Below, piece by piece: positions 50,302 through 58,613 of a DNA stretch of 64,000 nt; the stretch's first letter is position 1; every line of letters begins with the position of its first letter. The position numbers were made by a program, and so were the translations under genes. The notes beneath the pieces are model-generated. The model worked only from the letters and a program-made list of their open reading frames with translations. It was not told where the DNA came from and made no database searches. Source of the stretch: Acidobacteriota bacterium (GTDB taxonomy: Bacteria; Acidobacteriota; Blastocatellia; Pyrinomonadales; Pyrinomonadaceae). The DNA lies in the NCBI GenBank assembly GCA_019639195.1, contig JAHBSI010000006.1:2754-66753 (forward strand), given 5' to 3'.

Positions 50302-51498
50302 ATGAGCGACCAGCCTGAACACCTGACCATTGGACAGATCCTTAACCTATCGCCTGCTTCGAAGGCAGCACTTGGGTTAGAGTTTACGCCGACTGAGATC
50401 GCACAGCAGCCGCAAACCTGGCGACGAACCTTCAAGCTCCTGGAGTCCGCACGACCAGAGATCGAAAGTTTTTTGACGAAGGTCAGACCGAACGCCGTCA
50501 CGCTTATTGGTGCGGGAACTTCCGATTATATTGGGCGGGCCGTAGCTCCACTCATCGGGCGCAAATGGAAGACGCCGACTCAGGCCGTCCCAAGCACCGA
50601 TCTGCTCACGGAATCCGACCGTCTGCTTGCGTCGAGTCTAGCCGACGAACGCCATTTATGGATCTCGTTCTCGCGGTCCGGTGACAGCTTTGAGGGCGTA
50701 AATGTACTTGAAAGAGCGTTCGAAAAATACCCAGAGATCGCCCATCTTATCGTTACCTGCAGCGAAAAAGGCAAGATGGCGGCCGACCTCGCCGCCGACC
50801 GTTCGAACGTATTGTGTATCGTGCTCGACGATGAAGTGAATGATCGCGGCCTTGCGATGACGAGCTCATTCACAAATATGGTCGTGGCCGGACAGTGTCT
50901 CGCAAATATACACGATCTTTCTGCCTTTGGTTCTAGCGTCTCAGAACTCGCGGACATAGCGGCCGAGTCGCTTAGCTCGATCGCCGACGCCGCTAGGCAG
51001 ATCGCTGAGAAACGTTTTGAACGAATCTGCTTCCTTGGAAGCGGGCCGCTGAAGGCGGTTGCCGATGAGAGCGCCTTGAAAGTGCTCGAACTGTCGGGCG
51101 GATTTCACTCTACGATGTCAGAATCGTTTTTGGGGCTGCGCCATGGGCCGCTGTCGTGGTTGAATCGGGACTCGCTCGTCGTCGGGTTTTTATCAAATGA
51201 CCCGGCGAAGGCCAACATTGAGCTTGGCCTTCTGGCGGAGGTCAGGACGAAGAATGCTGCCGGTTCGAGCGTCGCGATCGGGCCCGCCTCAGTTGATGTG
51301 ACATCGGTTGCGGATATAGCCATTAGGTTTCCGATGCCAGCCTCAATGCCAGATGATTTTGCAGTGCCGCTCCATATATTGTTCGCCCAATGCCTCGGCC
51401 TTTATTCTTCTTTGTCGCTCGGCTTGAAGCCTGACTCGCCAAGCTCCGATGGCAAGATCACTCGCGTGGTGTCCAACATTACGATACGTTCTTCGTAA
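50302..51498 (+). CDS. agaS: double-SIS-domain sugar-phosphate isomerase/deaminase (AgaS-like)
   Basis: AgaS-like motifs GAGTSDYIG, SFSRSGDSFEGV, ALKVLELSGG and GLRHGPLS. ATG at 50302. Divergent from the kinase-aldolase operon. Confidence 0.8.
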   Translation: MSDQPEHLTIGQILNLSPASKAALGLEFTPTEIAQQPQTWRRTFKLLESARPEIESFLTKVRPNAVTLIGAGTSDYIGRAVAPLIGRKWKTPTQAVPSTDLLTESDRLLASSLADERHLWISFSRSGDSFEGVNVLERAFEKYPEIAHLIVTCSEKGKMAADLAADRSNVLCIVLDDEVNDRGLAMTSSFTNMVVAGQCLANIHDLSAFGSSVSELADIAAESLSSIADAARQIAEKRFERICFLGSGPLKAVADESALKVLELSGGFHSTMSESFLGLRHGPLSWLNRDSLVVGFLSNDPAKANIELGLLAEVRTKNAAGSSVAIGPASVDVTSVADIAIRFPMPASMPDDFAVPLHILFAQCLGLYSSLSLGLKPDSPSSDGKITRVVSNITIRSS

Positions 51499-51583
51499 CG
51501 GCTGAAACGGCGATAGGAGGAACCGGATCTGGCTCTGGTCGGACTTAGCTCCTCACTCCCTTCGCATTTGATCCCAAGAGCGC

Positions 51584-51616
51584 AAAAAACCCCGCCGAAA
51601 CTGGGTATTTCGGCGG
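51584..51616 (-). terminator. orphan rho-independent terminator, minus-strand orientation
   Basis: Perfect 9-bp stem CCGCCGAAA / TTTCGGCGG with a 7-nt loop. On the minus strand it is followed by GG and TTTTTT. No convincing minus-strand CDS lies upstream. Confidence 0.6.
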
Positions 51617-51851
51617 ATTGCCACCCCGGTGAATCATTTCTTAGAGCGTCCAGCTCAACGTCGGCCGGACCTGCGATCAGGTTTGGAGTGTCTGTCGCTG
51701 TGAGGTCTGGTTTCCACAATACCGGACGGTGACGAAAACACCTGGCACAAAGCTCTAGCAAGGACCGCTCCTCGTACTCGAGTCTTGCCTTCGGCCACTC
51801 CCGACGGATAAGTTGTAGTAAACTTACCCACGTATATAACGCAACGCTCCC

Positions 51852-51866
51852 AGCAATTTTGTGCCA
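51852..51866 (-). promoter_or_regulatory. sigma-54-like -24/-12 box, spacer one nt short of consensus
   Basis: The minus strand reads TTGGCACAAAATTGCT. Both TGGCAC and TTGC elements are present, but GG and GC are separated by 9 nt rather than 10. Confidence 0.2.
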
Positions 51867-51920
51867 AAAAGATTTGGGCGACGTGATCTATAGTGGAAAA
51901 CTGGCTCGGTAGTTCTCCTG

Positions 51921-52457
51921 ATGTCGGAATCAATTAGAGAAAATTTGACGGCCTTGAACGCCTTGGTACCCGCGATCTATGCAGAGTTGCGCAAGGTCGC
52001 CGCGTATCATCTGCGGCGAGAGCGGCCAAATCACACGCTGCAGCCGACCGACCTCGTGAATGAGGTCTTCCTCGTGCTTAAGAAACAACATTCGCTTGAT
52101 CTCGACGACCGAAGATATGTTGTAAGCCTTGCATCGGTAATGATGCGGCGCATACTTTACAATTACGCGAAAGCCCGAAACAGGTACAAACGAGGCAACG
52201 GCCGGAATATCCCGCTCGACGAGGCTCAGAGTGTAACCCTTGCCGGATTTGATCATACGCTGATCGATATCATTGCGTTAGAGGCCGCCCTTGTGGAGCT
52301 CGCCAACAACGACCCAGATCAGGTCCGCATCGTGGAGTTGCATTTCTATGGTGGGCTTACCTTTGAAGAAACCGCGGCCGTAATGGGCATTTCGTTGCGG
52401 ACGGTGAACCGAAAGTGGAAGTTTGCCAGGGCTTGGCTCTATAACAAGCTAAAGTGA
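51921..52457 (+). CDS. ECF-type RNA polymerase sigma factor (kinase-associated group, TIGR02999-like)
   Basis: N-terminal LVPAIYAELRKVAAYHLRRERPNHTLQPTDLVNEVFL is typical of this ECF group. The C-terminal region-4 HTH is LTFEETAAVMGISLRTVNRKW. Confidence 0.9.
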   Translation: MSESIRENLTALNALVPAIYAELRKVAAYHLRRERPNHTLQPTDLVNEVFLVLKKQHSLDLDDRRYVVSLASVMMRRILYNYAKARNRYKRGNGRNIPLDEAQSVTLAGFDHTLIDIIALEAALVELANNDPDQVRIVELHFYGGLTFEETAAVMGISLRTVNRKWKFARAWLYNKLK

Positions 52458-52464
52458 GGGAAGT

Positions 52465-54936
52465 ATGGACGATCGTTGGGAAAGATTGATGTCGGTGTTT
52501 GAGAAAGCGACAGACCTTTCAACGGTTGAACGATCAGAGTTCCTATCACAGGTCCTACTTGAAGACGCGACCATTTACGACGAACTGCTGGGTCTTGTCG
52601 AGGCTGAAAAAAACGCGCACGGCTTTCTCGAAAAACCTCTTGAACTCGATCTCTCCGCTCCCCTGATCGGAAGCAAGGTCGGCCCATACACCATCACGGC
52701 AGAGTTGGGGCGTGGCGGCATGGGGGCAGTCTTTCAGGCGGATCGCGAGGACGATTTCAAGCAGCACTGCGCCCTAAAAATATCGAACCGAGTAATTCTT
52801 ACCGCGGACCTTGAGCGTAGATTCAAGAAAGAGCGTCAGATCCTTGCAAGCCTGGAACACCCGCATATCGTACGACTTCTTGACGGAGGTGTTACGCCTG
52901 ATAAGATCCCGTATTTCGTGATGGAACTCGTCGATGGGGAACCGATCACGACCTATTGCAAACGACACTCACTCAGCATCAAAGAACGCCTAATGCTCTT
53001 CCAGCAGATCTGCTCCGCCGTAAGTTATGCCCATCAGCTTCTGATCGTACATAGAGATCTGAAGCCGTCGAACATTCTCGTCACAAAAGATGGGAACGTT
53101 AAACTTCTCGATTTTGGCATTGCCAAGATACTGGACGATGAGGATCGGGCCCAGACGCAAACTCTCAATGCACCGATAACGCCCGAATATGCCAGCCCGG
53201 AGCAGATACTGGATAAGCCGATCTCAACTTCCGCTGACATCTATTCGCTTGGCCTCATTCTTTATGAGATCTTGACAGAGTTGCCGCCGGTAGAGATCTA
53301 TGGAGTAAGCAGAACCGACATTTCTCGCGGAATACGCGAGGTCGACCCACAAAGGCCTTCGGTGAAGGTCGGCGATCGAGCTCTAAAGGGTGACCTTGAC
53401 AACATCGTCCTTAACTGCCTGGAGAAAGCTCCCGAACTTAGATACGCATCGGTCGAACAACTGTCCGCTGATATCGAAAGATACCTAACGGGTTATCCGA
53501 TCGTTGCCCACAAACGGTCAGCGGCATATCGCGCACGGAAGTTTGTTTCGCGCAATCGATTCGCTGTGGCGTTTGGTGCCGTTGCGGCGATTTTGCTAAT
53601 GATGGCGACGTCATTTGCGATATGGCAGGCGGTGGAGGCACGCCGTGAGCAGGCGCGGGCACAGGCTAACTTTGCACAGGTTCGTAAATTCGCCACTTCC
53701 CTTGTCATCGACTACAACGACGACCTTACAAAACTTCCAGGTTCTCTTAAACTGCGAGAACGCCTAATTTCGGATGCAGTTACGTCTCTCGATGCTATTT
53801 CCGCCACGGAATCGTCCGACCCTGAACTGCTGAAAGAGGTCGGTCTCGCCTACCGCAAGATCGGTACGCTCCAGGCAATGTTATGGACAGAAAACCTGGG
53901 CAAGCTGGATGAAGCCTTGGTCAACGAGAATAAGGGTGTTCAATTGCTTGGAAAGGCAATTAGCCTAAAGCCAAACGACCCGACGCTGCTTGACGCTTTT
54001 GCAGCAACGCTTGCCGATTTTGGACGGCTGATGGGTCGAAAAGGCGGAGGCTCCAGCATTTTCCACAGCTATGCCCGCGAGATCATACAACTCGCTCTTG
54101 CCATCGACCCGGACAACTTTGAAAGGAAGCTGGATCTCTTTCGAGTCCGGACATATGAGCTTGATGCATTAGTTGACCACAGCTTGTCGACCGAACAGCG
54201 GGAGGCTACAAGTCTTACCAGGTATCACGAGCTTTTCGATGAAGTGGAAAAGGCCGAAAAGCAACATCCTGACGATCTGCGACTCCAACGGATCCTTCTG
54301 AATATTGCAAATAGGATCTGCCTCCGAAATCGATGGATCGGAACGCGGATCTACCAATCCCAGCATGACCAGGTTAGGGCTCAACCTTATTTTGCGGAAA
54401 GTGTGGAGTTCGCCTTCGCTCAGCAGAGGCATTCCCAAGCGTTCATCAACTCAGATCCGAATTCAATCAGCAACTTGCGCCTTCAGGCTTCGGTGGCGAC
54501 AAACCTCGCGCTTGCCTTGCCCTTTCTTGGGAGGTTCACGGAAGCGGAGGATTACCAAAGAACCGCTGCGGAAATTATGGCAAAGGCTCGGGATAATGAA
54601 CCGAATAACGTCGAAAACCTTCTGGACGTTCTGAGCATTTTTAAGAACAAGATCGACATTCAGATTCTCCGCAAAAATGGCGATGGTGTGTATAAGCTCG
54701 CGAGCGAGGGCATCGCTGTCCTTGACACGTACGACAAGAGGACCGGCGGAACCACCAATTTTGAATCAATGCAATGGCGAGGGTATTTCCTGAAGCAGCA
54801 ATTGACATCGCTCCAGGTAACAAACAGCGATAGTCCAGAGATCCTTCGGATCGAAAAAAAGCTAAGAGAAATGGAAAGCAAATTTGAGGCAGCCAATGCC
54901 GATTTCGATGATTGGAGCGGCATCACATTAGGTTAG
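52465..54936 (+). CDS. Ser/Thr protein kinase with N-terminal helical module, one TM and a TPR-like extracytoplasmic region
   Basis: Hanks kinase motifs GRGGMGAV, ALK, HRDLKPSNIL, DFG and SPEQ. TM is FAVAFGAVAAILLMMATSFAI. It starts 8 nt after the sigma gene. Confidence 0.9.
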   Translation: MDDRWERLMSVFEKATDLSTVERSEFLSQVLLEDATIYDELLGLVEAEKNAHGFLEKPLELDLSAPLIGSKVGPYTITAELGRGGMGAVFQADREDDFKQHCALKISNRVILTADLERRFKKERQILASLEHPHIVRLLDGGVTPDKIPYFVMELVDGEPITTYCKRHSLSIKERLMLFQQICSAVSYAHQLLIVHRDLKPSNILVTKDGNVKLLDFGIAKILDDEDRAQTQTLNAPITPEYASPEQILDKPISTSADIYSLGLILYEILTELPPVEIYGVSRTDISRGIREVDPQRPSVKVGDRALKGDLDNIVLNCLEKAPELRYASVEQLSADIERYLTGYPIVAHKRSAAYRARKFVSRNRFAVAFGAVAAILLMMATSFAIWQAVEARREQARAQANFAQVRKFATSLVIDYNDDLTKLPGSLKLRERLISDAVTSLDAISATESSDPELLKEVGLAYRKIGTLQAMLWTENLGKLDEALVNENKGVQLLGKAISLKPNDPTLLDAFAATLADFGRLMGRKGGGSSIFHSYAREIIQLALAIDPDNFERKLDLFRVRTYELDALVDHSLSTEQREATSLTRYHELFDEVEKAEKQHPDDLRLQRILLNIANRICLRNRWIGTRIYQSQHDQVRAQPYFAESVEFAFAQQRHSQAFINSDPNSISNLRLQASVATNLALALPFLGRFTEAEDYQRTAAEIMAKARDNEPNNVENLLDVLSIFKNKIDIQILRKNGDGVYKLASEGIAVLDTYDKRTGGTTNFESMQWRGYFLKQQLTSLQVTNSDSPEILRIEKKLREMESKFEAANADFDDWSGITLG

Positions 54937-55050
54937 GCATATGTCGTTACTGAAGCCAAACCGGTCCGTCATTCAACCACGCGATCTACATAACCTCTCC
55001 GTCAATGCCCGCGGAATCCTTAGCTCATAAGTTCGCGTATCACCAAGCTC

Positions 55051-55086
55051 AAAAAGGCTTTCAGCAATTTGCCGAAAGCCTTTTTT
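55051..55086. terminator. bidirectional rho-independent terminator
   Basis: Stem GGCTTTC / GAAAGCC flanked by an A5 tract upstream and a T6 tract downstream. It lies downstream of the kinase gene (plus strand) and directly 3' of the tRNA fragment (minus strand). Confidence 0.7.
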
Positions 55087-55090
55087 CAGT

Positions 55091-55140
55091 TGGTCGGGAC
55101 GGCGAGATTTGAACTCACGACCTCTCGCACCCCAAGCGAT
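55091..55140 (-). tRNA. truncated tRNA-Pro(GGG): 3' fragment only (anticodon arm to CCA)
   Basis: The minus strand reads ATCGC-TTGGGGT-GCGAG-AGGTC-GTGAG-TTCAAAT-CTCGC-CGTCCCG-A-CCA. That is an anticodon stem-loop (U33, GGG, G37), a 5-nt variable loop, a T arm, a 3' acceptor strand, discriminator A and CCA. No D arm and no complementary 5' acceptor strand (CGGGACG) lie upstream. Confidence 0.7.
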
Positions 55141-55504
55141 TTGGGTAGGTTTGTATATCTTGTCAAAACTGCTCAAAACATCTTAGAATCAACAACTTAC
55201 CACCAATACAGCCTTCACACCGATTGGCCTTGATTAGCAACGCTGCAACCAACCTGCAACCAAGTCTGAAATCAAAACTAGCGATTCACACTAGTGTCAA
55301 AGTCGTGTCACCACGTCCAAATCATACATTACTCCATTGATTTCTCTCAACTATCTACCGCATATTTTCCAAGACCTTTTCTCAGTCTTAAAAGAGGGTA
55401 GTGCATAAAATTTTTGTCAACACTGGCGATCGCTACGAGTTTCTTGGACTGATCGCTAGTTCTTTGATTACCTCCATTCGTTGGTCTATTCTAAAAATGG
55501 AATT

Positions 55505-56113
55505 ATGGCTTGCTGTGAAGATGATTGTGCTATTGACGCTCTGCGGGAAAAACAGAGTTCGACGTTGAGGATCGTACTGGCAATAAACGTGGCAATGTTT
55601 GTGGCTGGGATCGGTGCCGGCATTTACGCTGGGTCGAGCGCGCTGCTGTCGGATTCGCTGGACAATCTGGGTGATGCGATGACGTACGGACTGAGCCTCT
55701 ATGCTGTGTATAGATCATCTCAAGCGAAAGCAAAAGTCGCTTTTTTCAAAGGGGGATTGATACTGCTCGCAGCGTTGGTAGTCCTTGGACAGGTAATCTA
55801 CAAGCTGATGGTTCCAGCGGTTCCAATTTTCGAACTAATGGGCGTGGTTAGCGTCCTGGCTCTTGTGGGAAACTCGATATGCCTTTTCCTGCTTACGCGA
55901 CATAAAACCGACGATGTAAATATGAGTTCAGTTTGGGAATGCTCGCGTAATGATATTGCGTCGAATGTTTCAGTATTCATCGCAGCCGGTGCGGTTTGGT
56001 TCTTTCAATCCGGCTGGCCCGACATCATCATTGCTGTCGCATTAGTTGTGCTTTTTCTTCGCTCTGCTTTTCGTGTCTTTTCAGGTGCAATTCGCGAACT
56101 GCGGACTGCATAG
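55505..56113 (+). CDS. short cation diffusion facilitator (CDF) family transporter lacking the usual cytoplasmic C-terminal domain
   Basis: CDF TM core (SALLSDSLDNLGDA, DVNMSSVWECSRNDIASN). N-terminal Cys-rich MACCEDDC. About 200 aa from the ATG at 55505. Confidence 0.8.
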   Translation: MACCEDDCAIDALREKQSSTLRIVLAINVAMFVAGIGAGIYAGSSALLSDSLDNLGDAMTYGLSLYAVYRSSQAKAKVAFFKGGLILLAALVVLGQVIYKLMVPAVPIFELMGVVSVLALVGNSICLFLLTRHKTDDVNMSSVWECSRNDIASNVSVFIAAGAVWFFQSGWPDIIIAVALVVLFLRSAFRVFSGAIRELRTA

Positions 56114-56177
56114 ATCAAGTTTTCTACAATCCAAAGGAAACTATGTATTTCGTAGGGGCGTTACGTATCTGCCAAAT

Positions 56178-58613
56178 TTAAAAACTAACCTTTATTCCGG
56201 TTTGAAGGAGACGCGGGCCTGAGGGCAGTAATCCCCGCGTGCGGTCGACTATGTATGTCCGGTCGAGCAGGTTCTTGCCAGTCACAAAAAATGTCGTTTT
56301 CCACTTCTCGACGCGGTAGTTTGCCGTCGCGTTCCAGTACGTTTGGCTTGGTATCGCTCCAAGTTGGCCATTCGAACTCGGGTTAACTGCGTTCAAATCG
56401 TCGCCGAACTGGCGCCCGATATAAACATTTTCCACAAAAGCGTCGAAACCGCGTGGATGCGAATAACCGATGCTTGTCGTCATAAGCATACGCGGTGCAT
56501 ACGGAAGTCGATTCTCTGTTATCGAGCAAGTAGTGGACGACACACGCTTGGTGGTTGGGCAGTACACATTTAGAGTTGCCAAACTTGTGTTAGAGCTTAA
56601 ACGGACGCCGCGAAACTCCGCCGTCGGCAAATAAGTATATGCGGTTCGTAAGTAAACACTATGGGGGCTGCGGAAAATCGTGCCTGAGTCGATCTGCCCT
56701 GTAAATTCAAACCCCTGCTGTAGTGTGGCCCCACCGTTTGTAAAGGCCGCCCCGCCAGCGATCGAAGCCGCTACAATCTGATTCTGATAATCGTTGCGGA
56801 AAAATGCAGCCGAAAATTCGGTTCCTCTGAGTGGCCGGGTACGCACTCCGACCTCATAGTTCCAACTCAATTCCGAATCAAGTTCGATCACGCCGCCAGT
56901 ATTTGTTACCACGTCCTCTGCCCTAGGTGGAGAGAAGCCTCGATGGACGCCGGCAAACAGCGTTGTGTTTTTAACACCGGAGTAAGCAACGCCAATACCC
57001 GGGATGATCTCGGTCACGGTTATTTCACCGGTCACCCCAGTCCCATTGTTAGCGAGGCGATTCGTTCGGTTAAAAACTACGCGCTCAAAACGGACGCCTG
57101 GCGTCATTGCAAGATTCTTCCATGCGAAGCGATGTTGAATAAAGCCCGATTGAGCGGACGCTTTCCGCTCGTTATTTTCGACTATCACGCCGTCACGCGA
57201 GGTTGGAAGATCGCCGTTTCGCTGAATCCTTTCCTGATCTTCGCGATCAATCCTAAAGCCGACGACAAGTTCGTTAGCGACTGATCCGAAATCGAAGTTT
57301 GTGGTCAGCCGCGTCTCGACGCCTTGTGTAAGATAGTCACGAAGTCGCCCTTCGTTGCCGCACGTGGTATTCAATGCGGCCAGACTGAGGCAATCGGGAT
57401 CGACATTCAAACGATTTGGGCGTTGGCTCGAATTGGAGGACTGACGCCACCAGTCGCGCGAAAAGTAGTTAGAGTAAAAGCTAGTCGTCAGATTGATTCT
57501 AGAAGTCAGAACTGCCGCATGCTGCAACGAGAAACCGGATCTGCGGCCATAAAAGAAATCGTTCTTAAAAATGTTGCCGCGGGGATCTGCGGCGAATTCT
57601 GCCTCGGTCGCACCTGTGTAAGTTAGATTCGAATCCTCACGAAAAAATGTAAATTTTCCAGTCAGGGCGTTGTGAGAGTTTAACTGCAAAACCGATTTGC
57701 TTGAAAAATCATACAGCTTAGAATTCAGATTATCCCTCGCCCCATCTCCTCGTTTATGGTTGAAATTAAAAATCGTACCAAGTTTGCCAAACGTGCCGCC
57801 AAAACCTGCTCCGCCGTTGAAAAAACTTCGATTTCCGCCTTCTAGTTTGAAACTAAAAGTTGGTTTATCGGGCGGATTGGGAGTCAGATAGTTGACTAGG
57901 CCGGCGATCGTTTGCGGGCCATATGCAATCTGACCCGATCCCTTCAGGACCTCGATTGACTCGTATCTCTCTACCGGAGGATGGTAGTAAGAGGCATTAT
58001 CTCCATAGGGCGAATAAGACATTGGAAGGCCGTCTTCAAGCAGCAATACCTTCGTTGAACGCGTCGGATTGGTGCCACGAATGCCGATGTTGGGCCGCAA
58101 ACCGAACCCCTCTTCGTCCCTTACATTCACACCGGATACTTTCCTCAGCACTTCCGAGAAATTGAACGGGCGGCTGTTTTCCAGTGTTTGTCTATCGATC
58201 CGTTCACTAGAACCCGGAATTTCCGAAAGGCTTTCCGGCGTTCCGGCGAGATAGCTTGAAATAACGGCAACGTCCGCCGCAACGCCCCCGGGTGTTAACG
58301 TAAAGACAACAGGCTGCGTCGACGGGATCGTTACTTCACTGCGGAGTGTCGCAAAACCGGTGGCACCGATTGTGAAGTCATACTTGCCATGTGACATGTT
58401 TGTAAGCGAGTATCGGCCTTCGCCGTCGGTTACGGCTTTTGCTAGCAACCGAACATTCTGGTGCCGCACGGTCACCGTTGCGCCAACAACTACATCGCCG
58501 TTACCATCAAGGACTCTCCCTTCCACGCCGTTACGCGTCTGTGAATAAACGATTATGGTAAACATGGAAAACGCTAAACTTAAAGCGACGGATCTCACAG
58601 CAAGACTTTTCAT
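56178..58613 (-). CDS. TonB-dependent receptor with N-terminal CarboxypepD_reg-like domain
   Basis: Signal peptide from Met 58613. Carboxypeptidase-regulatory-like domain (GRVLDGNGDVVVGATVTV..GRY), then plug and beta-barrel, ending in a terminal Phe. An alternative start is at 58682. Confidence 0.85.
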   Translation of the reverse strand: MKSLAVRSVALSLAFSMFTIIVYSQTRNGVEGRVLDGNGDVVVGATVTVRHQNVRLLAKAVTDGEGRYSLTNMSHGKYDFTIGATGFATLRSEVTIPSTQPVVFTLTPGGVAADVAVISSYLAGTPESLSEIPGSSERIDRQTLENSRPFNFSEVLRKVSGVNVRDEEGFGLRPNIGIRGTNPTRSTKVLLLEDGLPMSYSPYGDNASYYHPPVERYESIEVLKGSGQIAYGPQTIAGLVNYLTPNPPDKPTFSFKLEGGNRSFFNGGAGFGGTFGKLGTIFNFNHKRGDGARDNLNSKLYDFSSKSVLQLNSHNALTGKFTFFREDSNLTYTGATEAEFAADPRGNIFKNDFFYGRRSGFSLQHAAVLTSRINLTTSFYSNYFSRDWWRQSSNSSQRPNRLNVDPDCLSLAALNTTCGNEGRLRDYLTQGVETRLTTNFDFGSVANELVVGFRIDREDQERIQRNGDLPTSRDGVIVENNERKASAQSGFIQHRFAWKNLAMTPGVRFERVVFNRTNRLANNGTGVTGEITVTEIIPGIGVAYSGVKNTTLFAGVHRGFSPPRAEDVVTNTGGVIELDSELSWNYEVGVRTRPLRGTEFSAAFFRNDYQNQIVAASIAGGAAFTNGGATLQQGFEFTGQIDSGTIFRSPHSVYLRTAYTYLPTAEFRGVRLSSNTSLATLNVYCPTTKRVSSTTCSITENRLPYAPRMLMTTSIGYSHPRGFDAFVENVYIGRQFGDDLNAVNPSSNGQLGAIPSQTYWNATANYRVEKWKTTFFVTGKNLLDRTYIVDRTRGLLPSGPRLLQTGIKVSF

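Noticed and set aside
51584-51900. Tested the candidate transcript by eye against SRP RNA, 6S RNA, RNase P RNA, tmRNA and the cobalamin riboswitch.
   Set aside because: The SRP helix-8 motif (GGAA tetraloop context), RNase P GAGGAAAGUCC, the tmRNA tRNA-like end and the B12 box were not found. The identity remains unknown.
51655-51933. 92-aa minus-strand ORF ending 35 nt before the orphan terminator, considered as the gene that terminator serves.
   Set aside because: Its TTG start overlaps the sigma-factor start codon, it has no RBS, and the product is Arg/Ser-rich and basic with no hydrophobic core pattern. The region is kept only as an ncRNA or small-gene candidate.
55091-55167. A full-length tRNA gene at this position.
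   Set aside because: The 27 nt upstream of the anticodon stem (TTTGACAAGATATACAAACCTACCCAA on the minus strand) cannot form a D arm or pair with the 3' acceptor strand CGTCCCG. Only the 3' portion is tRNA-like.
54973-55176. 67-aa minus-strand ORF in the kinase-CDF gap.
   Set aside because: It spans the bidirectional terminator and the tRNA-Pro fragment. Its reading frame is a by-product of those RNA elements.
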